In this document: positions 40,521 to 52,730 of the stretch, one piece after another
How positions within the stretch are numbered: the stretch's first letter is position 1
Layout of the letters: the number at the start of each line of letters is the position of its first letter
Assembly (NCBI GenBank): GCA_951406725.2
Contig: OX597831.1
Span: 50,654,001 to 50,718,000, forward strand
Origin: Octopus vulgaris
Taxonomy: Eukaryota
Reading direction: 5' to 3'
DNA length: 64,000 nucleotides
Notes under the pieces: model-generated
Database searches by the model: none
Told to the model about the DNA's origin: nothing
Seen by the model: the letters and a program-made list of their open reading frames with translations, nothing else
Program-made: the position numbers and the translations under genes

Positions 40521-41116
40521 GGACCACTACATATAAACAGTAGCGGTCTGAGTAAGTGAAGTAGTTCCATAGTTTGTGCTAGTTCCACTTTGTGTTAAAG
40601 GCGTATTTGTAGTAAGTCATTGTTAAATTAATTGTTGATTTGCTGTTTATTCTTCTTGTTTTGTATTGAACAATACTGGGCAGTTTTATTGGTGTGTATC
40701 CCCTTGTTCGAGGTGGGTAGTACAGTGTTAAAAAATGGAGTACGACAATCTGAGGAAGAATTGCTGAAAACAAATTTCTGTGATAGACAAAAACTAAATA
40801 AAAAATGAATTCTGTGGCCGTGGCCAAAAGCCACAAAGAAATTGATGTGAAGGAACTTGGTAAATACAAGAATATGCTTCGTAGAGAGGGAACGACGTAA
40901 ATGTGTCCCCTCCCCAAAAGGTCTTACAGAAAACCAAAGTAAGAATGATAATCTATAGAGCTTACTCTGTCAAAACAAACAGAGGAACTAAACCTATGCA
41001 ATGGCGGTTGATTTTACAAGTGTTTTGTAATAAAATAAACACTAAAAACTTTAGGAGAAAAAGTTAAAAGGCAAACATTACGAGTAAGAAGACACATAAT
41101 TCCAGTACGAATAACA

Positions 41117-41184
<68 letters not shown>

Positions 41185-41208
41185 TATAATACTAATAATA
41201 ATAATAAT

Positions 41209-42445
41209 GGATATAAGTATCTGAGTATTTTGGAATATGACAAAATCAAAGAAAGTGAAATGAAGGAAAGTTTTAAGCGAGAATATCTTAGAAGAACCAA
41301 ATTAATTATGGGAAGCAAGCTCCATGGAAAAAAACAAGATCAGGGCAACGAACATACAGGCTGTTTCTTTAATGCGATATGACGCGGGTGTTGTTCGGTA
41401 GACAGAGAACAAGCTTGAGGAAATGGACAGGAAAACAAAAAAAGTGATGACAATTAACAAGGGACAACACCCCAAAAGCGATACTGACAGGCTGTATGAG
41501 CCTAAGAACAGGGGAGGAAGAGATGTAAAATCAATGTTGTCAATGAGAAGAACAGTATGGGGTGGTACATCAAACAGCAGAGTGAATCATTGCTTACCGC
41601 TGTTAAAATTAACAATATAATACCTACCGAAAATGTGATGCACCTACAAACATCTAAGAAGCAAGATGAAGAAGAAAGTATAAACAATTGGAAAATAAAA
41701 TCACTGCATGGGCAATAACTCAGAGAAATCGAAGGAAAAGACAAGTCCAACACTTGGAGATCGCTAAGAAAAAGTGATCTGAAAGGATGCCTTGTGGCAT
41801 TGATATGCAGCGCCAAGGACCAAGCTTTGAGAACTAATTACACCAAGTTCCAAATAGTTAAGGGCAGAGAATCGCCCCCTTGTAAGATGTGTGGCAGCAA
41901 AAACGAAACAATCTCACATATTGTGAGTGAGTGTAATAAACAGGCCCAAAAGCACTACAAAAGGAGGCATGATAACGTGGCTACGTTTGTCCACTGGAGG
42001 CTATGTGAAATGTACGGCCTGAACAGAACACGGAAATGGTACGAACATGAACCAGAAGGAGTCGATGAGAACAAGGAATATAAGATACAGTGGGATTTTA
42101 CAATCCGATGGGACTCCCTAATCGATGCTCGGAGAACATATATTATTGTGATAGATAAAGGCAAAAGGAGACCAAGATTATAGATATTGAAATACCTGGG
42201 GATGCACGCATATGTAACAAAGATCTGGAAAAGGCTGAAAAGTAGACTACGAAAAGACGAAATTGCAAGAATGTGAACTATGAGGAGAGTGTCTGTCATC
42301 CCAGTAGTTGTAGGGACTCGGAGTACTTACGCAGTTTGAGAAGTCAGTCAGAGAAATCGAAATTGATATGAGAGCAGAGCAAGCCCCCAAAAGCTGCTCT
42401 TCTGGAGATAGCTAGGATTTTGAGATTGGTTCTTCGTTGTTTAAT
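41209..42445 (+). pseudogene. R4/Dong/HERO-type non-LTR retrotransposon, 5'-truncated: RT thumb, CCHC, RLE
   Basis: YKYLSI, EYLRR, MDRKTKKVMT, HPKSDTDRLY..RGGR, LHGQ, DQALRTNY, CKMCGSKNETISHIVSEC, YKRRHDNVA, WYEHEP, WDF, IPVVVG; several stops and frameshifts; preceded by (TAA)n. Confidence 0.93.
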
Positions 42446-43283
42446 GCCTTCCACGATAATTAACAACCAATTATCAAAGTTTATAAGAAGAAGAAAAAGA
42501 AGAAGAAGAAAAAGAAGAAGAAGAAGAAAACGAAGAAGAAGAAGAAGACCCTCACCATTTAAATGTCTGTGTTGTATTTCATGAAGATATTTCGCTACTT
42601 CCCCTCCCCAAGCTTTCAGTCATACTGTAACATCTCATCGTTCACTCACCCAGGACATTGGGTGTCTTGAACTCGGAACGTAGCGACGGACGAAATAACG
42701 CAAAATAGACAAAGAAGAAGAAGAAGAGTCTCAAGTGTTGAAATCTTTCGTGCATGGTCTATTGAAAAATAATGCCTATTTGCAAAGGTGACCTCAGAAC
42801 GTAAAAGGCCAGAACAAATGCCTGCTAAGCATTTTGTTCGGCCCTTTTAATGATGTTCCAGTTTGTCATCTCTAAATGCGTTAATAATAAAGATTACTTT
42901 TGGGGAAGGAGCTAAGTCGTTTACATGGACCCCATTCCTAAATTGCTACTTATTTTATCGAAGACAAAAAGATAAGAATCGGATAATTATAACATAAATG
43001 GATTACGCAACAAAAATAAACATTTATTGCAGAATATTTGCTACGGAAGATATATGTATCGGTAAATACGAAGACGCTATCAGAGAGGAAAAAATAACCG
43101 CGATTCCATATAAAACCTCTTCGAAGATAAACGTCTAATCCATTGTTATAAAATAATTAGTTAATATTTTAGTGGTCTTTGTTGTGTGCAATAATAACGA
43201 GGCAATAAATACATGCATATGTTCATATATGTGTGTGAATGTGTACATGCCCACACACCCATATATATATATGTATATTTATA

Positions 43284-43329
<46 letters not shown>

Positions 43330-43973
43330 CAAATATATATACATATATATATATATACATACAAATATATATACATATATACAGACAAATATATATATAT
43401 ACATACAAATATATATATATACATACATACAAATATATATATATACATACATACAAATATATATATATGTATATATGTGAGATTGTGTGTGCATACATAT
43501 ACGTACATAGGTATATGAGTATATTATGCACACACAAACATGCGCGTGCACACACAGACACACACACACACATATACATGCAGTATATCAAATAAATAAA
43601 TAAAAATACATAGCGCACAAAACAAAAATTGCCGATCATAATAGAAATATATTAAACAAAAAAACATAAAATATTTCTAAAACATAGCTAAATATATTAC
43701 TATCCATGTTTTATATGAATTATTTATTGCATGTAATTGTCGCTTCATAGAAAAATAACACTTGAAGAGAATTGCGAAGCTGGATAGAAAATATTCTTCT
43801 GGAGAAATGGATTGCTTTTGTTTCCCGACAAATCTATTATTGTGTAATATGTGTATAAACATATTAGAGATGGAAATTGTTAAGACATTGTCTTGAGACA
43901 GCAAAAATTGCGAGTAAATTTGGATGATGTAATGTAAATATTTGTGTTGTCTATCTATGCATAGGAATGCATG

Positions 43974-44005
<32 letters not shown>

Positions 44006-45689
44006 CAAATATATATCATGTGTTTGTATGTGTGTGTATGTGAATGTGTATTAATGTATGTAATTATAATTACATTTGTCTACATACATACAAACATACA
44101 GCCATAAAATATCAAATTATCAGAAAAGTAGCGAAATATATGAAGACATATTTGAATTAAGAAAACATTATAGTGTGAGATAAAATTATTATCTAATGTA
44201 TGTGTAGCTGTCTGGGGTCTAATACCCTCTACTGACCTATACACAGACACTGCACATTTTTATTCCATAATTTTATTTCGTGAATGGCACAGATTTAAGT
44301 CAAGCATATTAAAGAAAAACAAAGCCTTATATAACTGTGATAATATTTACTTACCTGAAAAATTTGTGAAATATGAAAACGTTTATATCTTCTTGGTATG
44401 ATTTATTTCTTAAAGAATTTTAACGTATGAGTAGCACTAGTAATGACAGGATGTAATCTACTCGATGAAACACAATAATTCTTACATCGTGCAGATATCA
44501 GTAACCAAGGACAGCCTACACATTCAAAATATTTCACCTGCAATGCATACAGTAACAAAGAAGAGATAAGCCACCCGCTTACACGAGGTTAGATCTCAAC
44601 CTATCATATTCCTTGGCAATTCAGTAAAGCAGACATTTAAAATAGATTCTGTGTGCTTCCACTTGTTATCTTATCCAACTACATAAAATTGTCTATTAAC
44701 AGAGCTGTATTATTGAAGATGTACTCCAGCAATGCTTAACTTGAGAATTTATTGATAAGGCAAAAACCTCATGTCCTGGTAAATGAATAACAGAATGAAA
44801 TTGTATCCTAACCCTTATGTATAACAGGATGAAGCCTAGTCGTACAGCGACATTGTTGTTAAGATTCATGTGCGCTACTTCAAAAAGTTTGTAAGTGCTA
44901 CGTATATTCGATTTAGTTTATTTTTATAGCTGTTGTTACAGCAAAATAAACACGTCTACCATTTACCAAATAATTAATGATTGTTGGATCCTGTGGTGTC
45001 TTCCTGAATGGAAATGTGGAAGAAATGCATCATCGTCGCTTATATATTACCCTTTCTAAAATAGTGTCAATTCATCGCGTCTGTTTTCCTTCCCGAGAGC
45101 AGGCACTGCAGCGCTAGCTTCCTTTAAACCATGAGGTGAATTTATTATTTTCCCATGCAGAGATACTTCATATTAAGGAAACCACCTGGTTTATAACATT
45201 TCATTCTCACTGAATGGATTCGGAAACACTGCAGATATTAAAGTGAATCTTATTTGTGAACCAGGTCACGATTTGCGCATGTGTTATTCAGAGAAACAGC
45301 CTTTGTAACAAATTTCTAGTAGAAAAGATTACATTTACTCATGGCACTAATTTAATTTCACAATTTAACTGAAATTAATATGAATCAACTGGAGCATCTT
45401 AGTCAATAGCAACTCTGCATTAATCAAAGTTCCTATGAAGCTTGTGACAAATTTCCAGAAGGATACAGAAAATGAAGCAAAGAAGAGAAAGCAGCGTTGA
45501 TCATTTATGAATGGCAGAAAGAGAAAAGGGAAACCTATGTAGCAAAAAGAGAGAAGGGAGAGAGAGGTAAAAATTGTAATATAAAGAATATAAAAGAGAA
45601 AATGTATAACGACAGAAAGATCCAGAGAGAAAGCAATAACAGAGCCAGCAATTTTGAGGAGAGGAGTAAGCCTATTATGTCGACCACAG

Positions 45690-45905
45690 AGGAATTTGAA
45701 AAGAAAACGGTGGTGTCGAGGGCTTACTCCAAGACCCTCGACACCATCGCCGTCTTCAAGAAAAAATGATTGAGAAGGAGTTGGCAGAATATATGCCAAC
45801 CATTAAGCTTATCTCTCGGGGGATCAAATATGCAACGGTGTGGTTGCTGTTTGACTCCCCCGAAGAAGCTTGCGTATTCGTGAGCCAGCCCCTGGAGGGC
45901 AAGGA
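45690..45905 (+). pseudogene. Probable L1/Tx1-like ORF1 remnant
   Basis: KKTVVSRAYSKTLDTI../IEKELAEYMPTIKLISRGIKYATVWLLFDSPEEACVFVSQPL; ends at a B SINE fragment. Confidence 0.4.
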
Positions 45906-45907
45906 AA

Positions 45908-46030
45908 TAACTGGCACTTATTTTATTGACGCCAAAGGCATGAAAGGCTAAGTCGACTTCACAGAACGTGAGGCAGGAAAAATACCACTAAATATTTTGT
46001 CCACCTTAACAATTCTGTCAGCTTACAGCC
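45908..46030 (-). mobile_element. SINE family B fragment
   Basis: actggcacttattttattgacgccaaaggcatgaaaggctaagtcgacttc. Confidence 0.7.
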
Positions 46031-46290
46031 TGAGAAGGGAAACATATTGATTGGAACTAACAAAGCGACGTATGAGAGGCGCCAAAGTAGGTATAATTGA
46101 TGCAGCACCTTGCTAACACAGGATGGATAAATTACGATACTTACATACAAAAGTGTAGAATGTGATCGGCATACATGCTCACACACCGACTAAACTTATA
46201 TATATATATACAGTAGCGTGTATACTGTATAAGTGTATGTTGTAAGTATATGTGTGTGTACGTGTGTGTGTGTGTGTGGTTATGTGTGTC

Positions 46291-46555
46291 AAGGCGTGTA
46301 GCTTAGTTGTAAGAGTGTTGTGCTCAGGATCGCGAGGTCATGGTTTCGATCTCTACACGGGTTGCATTCTGTGTTATTCAGCAAAACTCTACTTTTCACG
46401 TTGTCCGACGTCCCACAGTTATAAATGAGCAAACCGGCGACGAAATGGCATTCCGTTGGAGCGAGACACCATCATTCGAAAGCTAAAACAACGCGATGTG
46501 CATTGTAACCAGCGGTGTATGATAAAATCCGAGAGCTTCATCAATATCATGGTAT
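46291..46555 (+). mobile_element. Old D-type SINE with a possibly RTE-derived tail
   Basis: D head/body, then a tail containing tgtaaccagcggtgt, matching the RTE 3' end at 58429-58443 (14/15 nt). Confidence 0.65.
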
Positions 46556-46759
46556 ATATAGCAATCTGTTTATCAATGTAGGTGATATCCTCTACCTTCT
46601 ATCACTTTAAGTGATAATTGAAATTTTCTATTTCGGTTCTATATTGCGTCGAACCACCTTCGTTATTTTATAATTATCACATTGCCATTTTGCTAATTCA
46701 TATGGAAAATATTATATACTGACAAGTAGCATTTAGCTTAATCATAAATTATATAGTAG

Positions 46760-46811
46760 TTACTCCTGACGAGCTTTAATTCCAAGCGAAATTAGCTTGC
46801 TAGTATACTGA
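46760..46811 (+). ncRNA. Type I hammerhead ribozyme motif
   Basis: ttactc-CTGACGA-GCTT-taattcc-AAGC-GAAA-TTAGC-tt-GCTA-GTA: intact core, perfect 4-bp stem II, 6-bp stem III, GUA triplet; stem I 3' strand (tactga) has two mismatches. Confidence 0.72.
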
Positions 46812-47353
46812 TCTCGCCCGCTGTGCTGCGGTTATCTCCCCTGTCATAACAATGTTTTTTTTCTAGTCACCTTCATTATTTTATATAACGTTTCTTGTAT
46901 TTTAACACCAACGACGAATAAGAAAGAATTGTGTACATTTTTGTTTATGTCTATATATATATATATATATATAATTTAAATAATGAAGGTGATAAACTGA
47001 ATATTAAGTTAATTAACATCAATTTAAAACCAGTAGCCTAGCATATGGAAAATTCTGAAAATTCAGAACAATTGTAATACATGCTTATAATAGGGACGAC
47101 CACTAAGTGGACATCCAATATGCTAAAAGAAAATCACCTACGATCTAACTACAAAGAAAAGAATGTTCTCTAGAGAAATTCAGCACTTAGACATTTGAAA
47201 ATAACTCCAATTGTATATTGAATATTATACAAAATAAATCCTTCTTATATTGAAACTTTCTCCCCTTTAGAGAATTGTTTCGTGGCAACTGGGCCAACTG
47301 CAAATTAGAAAGAAGGGCAATATCAACAATCAAGTTTTCTACAAAAATTAACA

Positions 47354-47507
47354 TAGGCGCAGGAGTGGCTGTGTGGTAAGAAGCTTGCTTCCCAACCACA
47401 TGATTCCGGGTTCGGTCCCACTGCGTGGCACCTTGGGTATGTGTCTTCTATTATAGCCTCGGGCCGTCGAAAGCGTTGTAAGTTGATTTGGTAGACGGAA
47501 GCTCGTC

Positions 47508-47575
<68 letters not shown>

Positions 47576-47816
47576 ATATATGCATTTTTTGCGTCTTTGT
47601 TTATGCCCCCACCACCGCTTGACAACCGATGTTGGTGTGTTTACGTCCCCGTAATTTAATGGTTTGGCAAAAGAGACCGCTAGAATAAGTACTTGGCTTG
47701 CAAAGAATAAGTACTTGGCTTGCAAAGAATAAGTCCTGGGGTCGATTAGTTCTACTATAAGCGGTGCAGCATAACGGCTGCAGTCAAATGACTGAAAAAA
47801 GTAAAGGAATAAAAGA
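47354..47816 (+). mobile_element. SINE family A
   Basis: Full copy with a short internal tandem duplication (agaataagtacttggcttgcaa). Confidence 0.93.
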
Positions 47817-48516
47817 AAATAGCATTAAGGAAAAGACACACTGAATCTCTAGCGGCACGTTGATAACAGTTGAAACGTGTTTCTCCCTCAATATGTGTCA
47901 TTAGCACAGTGGTTGTTCAATCTGGCAGGAAAAATACATAGCTAAAAAAAAAAAGAGTGCAACACATTTGCGGTTTTGGTAATTTGCATAAAATAGAGAT
48001 GCACTAAAGGAAATAACTTAGAACGAAGAGTTTCTTGTATTTTAACACCAACGATGAATAAGAAAGAATTGTGTACATTTTTGTTTATGTCTATACAATT
48101 CTGTGTGTGTGTGTGTGCGAATGCATGTATGTATTTGTGTATATGTGTGTGTGTGTCTCTGTATAATATATGCGTGTGAATGGCTGCATGCATGCATTTA
48201 TGTGTGTGTTAAAATCTGACCTGAAATATTATCTACCTTTCTTAATTATTTTGAGTTACTTCTATTTGGAGTTCATAATTGCTTACCAGTATGAAAGCAA
48301 TTACGGGAATTGGAAAATAAATCTCGACAATCGTCGAAAACTGATATTTCGCCCATGATATGAAACCGAGTTTTGAAGCTATTGTCTCGGTTGCTTTATC
48401 AACTTGACTATTTATACTCTCAATGGTGATGATACAGGACAATGAGGTAATGCTATAGTTACTATCGTTGCATGGAAATATCCTTGTACATACCAATAGA
48501 TAATATAAAAACTACG

Positions 48517-48561
<45 letters not shown>

Positions 48562-48620
48562 TTAATAATAACAATAATAATAATAATAATATTAATAATA
48601 ATAATAATAATAATAATAAC

Positions 48621-48671
<51 letters not shown>
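48517..48671. repeat. (AAT)n microsatellite
   Basis: Directly visible. Confidence 0.98.
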
Positions 48672-48673
<2 letters not shown>

Positions 48674-49649
48674 AGTCATTCTCCAGCACAAAAATGTTTT
48701 ATCTAGAATAGAACTCTAAATTTGATATAGCAGCTGAAGTAAAAGAATACATATCAAATCAAACGATGAAAAAGGATAAGAAAAATTAAAAGAAAATAAC
48801 AAATACAATCAAGAGAAGAACAAAATAAATATAGTGTGATATATCCTTTGTGAAAATAACATGATTCCCGGTTACAGATGAAAAAAAAATGGTACTATCT
48901 ATTATATACTCAATTCTTAAACTGAATGAAAACCCAGCGACGACTGATTTATTGCTTTATAAGCTGAATATAACACGAAAATAATATTCACTGCTGCTTC
49001 ATCACCATTTAAATGAATACATAAGCAGGTAGCAAACACATACATTAAATAGGCTGCGCCATACAAATTACAACAGATTTATGTGATAGATAACAAGGTT
49101 CTCGTTCTCAATACTGTCATCTGTGAGCAGCTGAATAATCTGATAGGAAATAGCTAGTCGAACGGTATCGTATAATTTAGCGTCCCCTACAAAAAATAGA
49201 ATAGCTAAAATATCACATAAAACAGAAATTAGAATTTTGAATGAGCAGGTAGACTTTGCATATAAAAAAAATAGAAGTAGAATATTAATTTATGTCTTGG
49301 GTATTCGAATAAAAAGAATAACATTACCTAGATTTCAAAGAGAATTGTGAAATGAATGTGTATAATATAATTTATATACTATATAATTGAATATAATTTA
49401 TATAATATATAACTTTCAAATTCGCTTTCTATCCTGTGCCAAAGAAAATTTCATAGAGTTGATTTGCTTCTTGCAAGAGGTTGTACGATCACGATTAATG
49501 ATAACTAATCAATGAACATTATTAGTTGTTGCGAATGTATGATACGAAACTTTGTTTACTGTTCAATCCTTACTTATTTCGAATGGCAGCTTTACAGACC
49601 TGATTTTTGAGTCGGGTTTAATGCCCTTTTCATTCTTTGTAGCTCACGG

Positions 49650-49865
49650 CACCGTGGAGCAAACATCCTTGGAACTAACAAAATGGAGATAATCCTGTCA
49701 AAATGGGGTATAAGAAACTTTGTTTCAACCAGCATTAACCGGCTGATGGGCGCAAGGCAAAGGAGAAAACGGCTGCAAATATACTGCCTGCACTGACCTG
49801 TATTCCTCATACTTGCAACATATGCGGACTTCTATGAAACCTTTGGCGTGACTCAAATGTTAGAT
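49650..49865 (+). pseudogene. Possible C-terminal remnant of an RTE-type LINE (zinc-finger tail)
   Basis: Basic segment RLMGARQRRKR followed by HTCNICGLL*/PLA*LK, resembling the CxxCG...GL.SH terminus. Confidence 0.35.
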
Positions 49866-49942
49866 TCGATATAAGCATTATGACTGATAAAGATTGTCGG
49901 ATCCTCATACGTTGAAACCAACGGGGGAGTCCATCATATATA

Positions 49943-50139
49943 CGAGGGGGTGCTGAAAAGTTCCTGGTTTTCAGGGTGTTGCGAAATGTCTGGTTTGAGG
50001 CACAATCTTCCGAGTTCTTTCACAGGGCTTAGAAAAATTGAAGGACTCCTGCAATAAGTGTTATAATCTTAGAGAGGAGTATATTGAATAAAATCATAAT
50101 TAACTGATACTCTTATATTTTCTTTCCAGCAGCCCCTCG
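49943..50139 (+). mobile_element. Mariner-derived MITE
   Basis: TA|cgagggggtgctgaaaag ... ctttccagcagcccctcg|TA, with a remnant of the transposase C-terminus (CNKCYNLR..YIE*). Confidence 0.85.
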
Positions 50140-50157
50140 TATGCATATATTCATCTG

Positions 50158-50499
50158 TTACTCATTTACTTCTTTCATTTAATATACGCAGCAGTCATAC
50201 ATGCTAGATCACAATCTCGAACGTTCCAAAGTTGATCACATCGACCCCAATACTTATTTCAGACTGGTAGATTTTTGGTTCATATTTACAGTTGGAGATA
50301 AAAAATTTCGAAGAGCATACACGGTCATACACATATATATTAATACATGATGCAGTTTACTTCAACCAAATTCTATTTAGAAAGAATTGATTAAACTTAT
50401 GTTACAGAAAAAGATACTTTCGAAATGTGTCCGGCTGGGGGTGGATCGAACCCAGTCTTAAGTCTTTGAGAAGCCACTTTCTTAAATACCGTCATGCCT
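50158..50499 (-). mobile_element. Heavily decayed SINE family A
   Basis: atcgaccccaatacttattt and ggatcgaaccc...gaagccactttctt match the A reverse complement weakly. Confidence 0.5.
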
Positions 50500-52154
50500 A
50501 TTGCTATATACGAAACATTCCATTGCTATTTTTAAATTATCTAATGTAAAATTTGAGATTTCTTGCACTGTTCACAATTTGTGATATGGTTTCATCTGAC
50601 ATTAAGTGAACAGAATGTGCAATCATTTAGAAGATTAGAGAAAAAAAAGAATGGTTGATTTTAAAATAATGATAAATCGTATAAATTTAAAATTGATATT
50701 TTAATAGATAATTACTAATTTTTCTAATTCACATGTAACATCAGAATCTCATTAACCTTTTGAAAAGACATTTCTTTTTCATTTGAATAATTAATAAAGC
50801 GATTAATAATTAATTCTGCAAAACTTAATTCTGTAAAAATAAATACTCAAACTCAAATTGATTTACCAAAAACTTATCAGTAAACGACTGGTGTTCTTAT
50901 GTGCCTTCTATTGGTTAATAGGACTAAGAAATAGAATCGTGTTACTATTGTTGTTAACCCCAAGTCTGATAAAAGATGTTCCAACCGTGACAGTTTCATT
51001 TTTCAGGCCTTTACGGTAAAGTAAAATCACATTATCATTAGCCAATGAGTCCTTCCCAAATATTCGTTTTATTTTCCTTATGAATTAGTCAGCAAAATAA
51101 GGGCTACACGTAACCCATTTTAGTGATTCCAAGACTGATAGGAAAGGTGGTAGAAGTTATCATCAGACCGGAGATCTGCCCTGAATGCTTGAAACGAAGT
51201 AAAAGCAAAGATGATAGCGTTGAACGGACGATGCATTAAGTGCAGCAACATTGACTGAGAATCAGTCCACTGTTGGGCTTCCATACATTTTCCATCAAGC
51301 AAATGGCACTGATAAAGCTTTTGCTGACCTGAGACTTTGGTAACAGAGACCTACCCAAGTTGCCGAAAGCATATACTTGTGGAGCGATTTTCTTAACGAC
51401 ACGATCGTACCAAATCCAATTGCGTTTTGTTCGGAGATAATCTTGCCTTTATTATATTTAGGGCACTCTATCGCTGTCTCCACTGTATCATGGAAAATAT
51501 ATAGAGTGACAACCTGTAGGTTTCTATTCCTGAAAAGGATATATTGCAACAAATTTGATAAAATAACTTAAAACAGTGTTGTATTTATATTGTGTCAAGC
51601 ATAGACGATGTAGTGCTGTAGTAAACTCGCACCTATCTAAAGTAGTATTTCAAGATATCAGAATTCCTTCTACTTCTCTGATACCATAAATCTGTAAATT
51701 AGCAACAGATTCCAAGGAGAGAAATAGAGAGAAGGGAAGGGGATAGACAGATATATATATAGAGAGAGAGAGTGAGAGAGAGAAACTTACTGTAGACAGG
51801 CGTTAGCCGTTACAATGTGTCTTGGCCTAACTCTCTCATTCTTTGTTCGTTCGAAGCTCTAACTCTCAACAAATTTTATATTTTTAAAGTTTCAGAATGC
51901 TGCTGTTTATGAAGGTTTCCCATTTTGTCGTTGATAGCACGAAATAGGGATTAATTAATAGTCGACAACTGAGGAGGGGCTAGATTTATTTTTTGTATTT
52001 TATCCGGTATTTGTCTTTCATTATGTGTTTACATGTTTTTCATTCGTTGGTAATGTCCTGTACTTTATGTACTTTTTATTTATTTATAAGATAGATAGAT
52101 AGATAGACAAATATAGAAACTGGAGAGATAGACATAACATATACATGTATATAA

Positions 52155-52665
52155 TAATAATATTAGGGAGTATAAGTCCAAACTTACAGGAAAAAATTCA
52201 ATTTAGTATTAAATCAAATTTCACAATATAAATATATAATATATATAAATGTATTATAAACACCTGGTCCTACTTTTTAAGTTTCAAATTTAGTTAACGG
52301 AATTTCTTCTATAAGAAGAATCATGTTTTTATTCTTTAAGAAATATTGTTTAATTCTGTTTGATTATCTATTAAAAATATGTATTTATTTAACTATTATT
52401 GTTATTATTGTTGACCTGAGGAGTGACTATACTTTTAAATTGAATTGGTTGTGGATCGACTAAATTTAAATTTAATTGTAATTCGAATTGAAGTTATAGC
52501 CACGAAACTTACGTAGTCTTTTTACTTATTATATACTGTTTATTTATTATGTATTTTTGTGATCTAGATAAATGTCTTATCATATATCTTATTTTTTCTA
52601 TATGATATGTTTTATGTCTATCGTTGTTTGAATTACATAACAGTGGTTTTTCTCTAATTTATATA
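52155..52665 (+). mobile_element. AT-rich element in (TA)n context carrying the long-stem-II hammerhead; paralog ~57680-58265
   Basis: Shared tgtttgattat..., hammerhead region and 3' end (taayagtggttt..tctctaattt) between the two copies. Confidence 0.65.
52411..52522 (+). ncRNA. Hammerhead motif with greatly extended stem II
   Basis: gac-CTGAGGA-GTGACTATA...~63 nt...TATAGCCAC-GAAA-CT-tacgt-A-GTC: intact core, 8/9-bp base of stem II, near-palindromic stem III, GUC triplet; stem I weak in this copy. Confidence 0.68.
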
Positions 52666-52677
52666 TATTATACATAA

Positions 52678-52730
<53 letters not shown>

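Noticed and set aside
47262-47345. Minus-strand GCCAC-GAAA-CAATT resembling a hammerhead 3' half
   Set aside because: The CUGANGA box and stem I are not recognisable.
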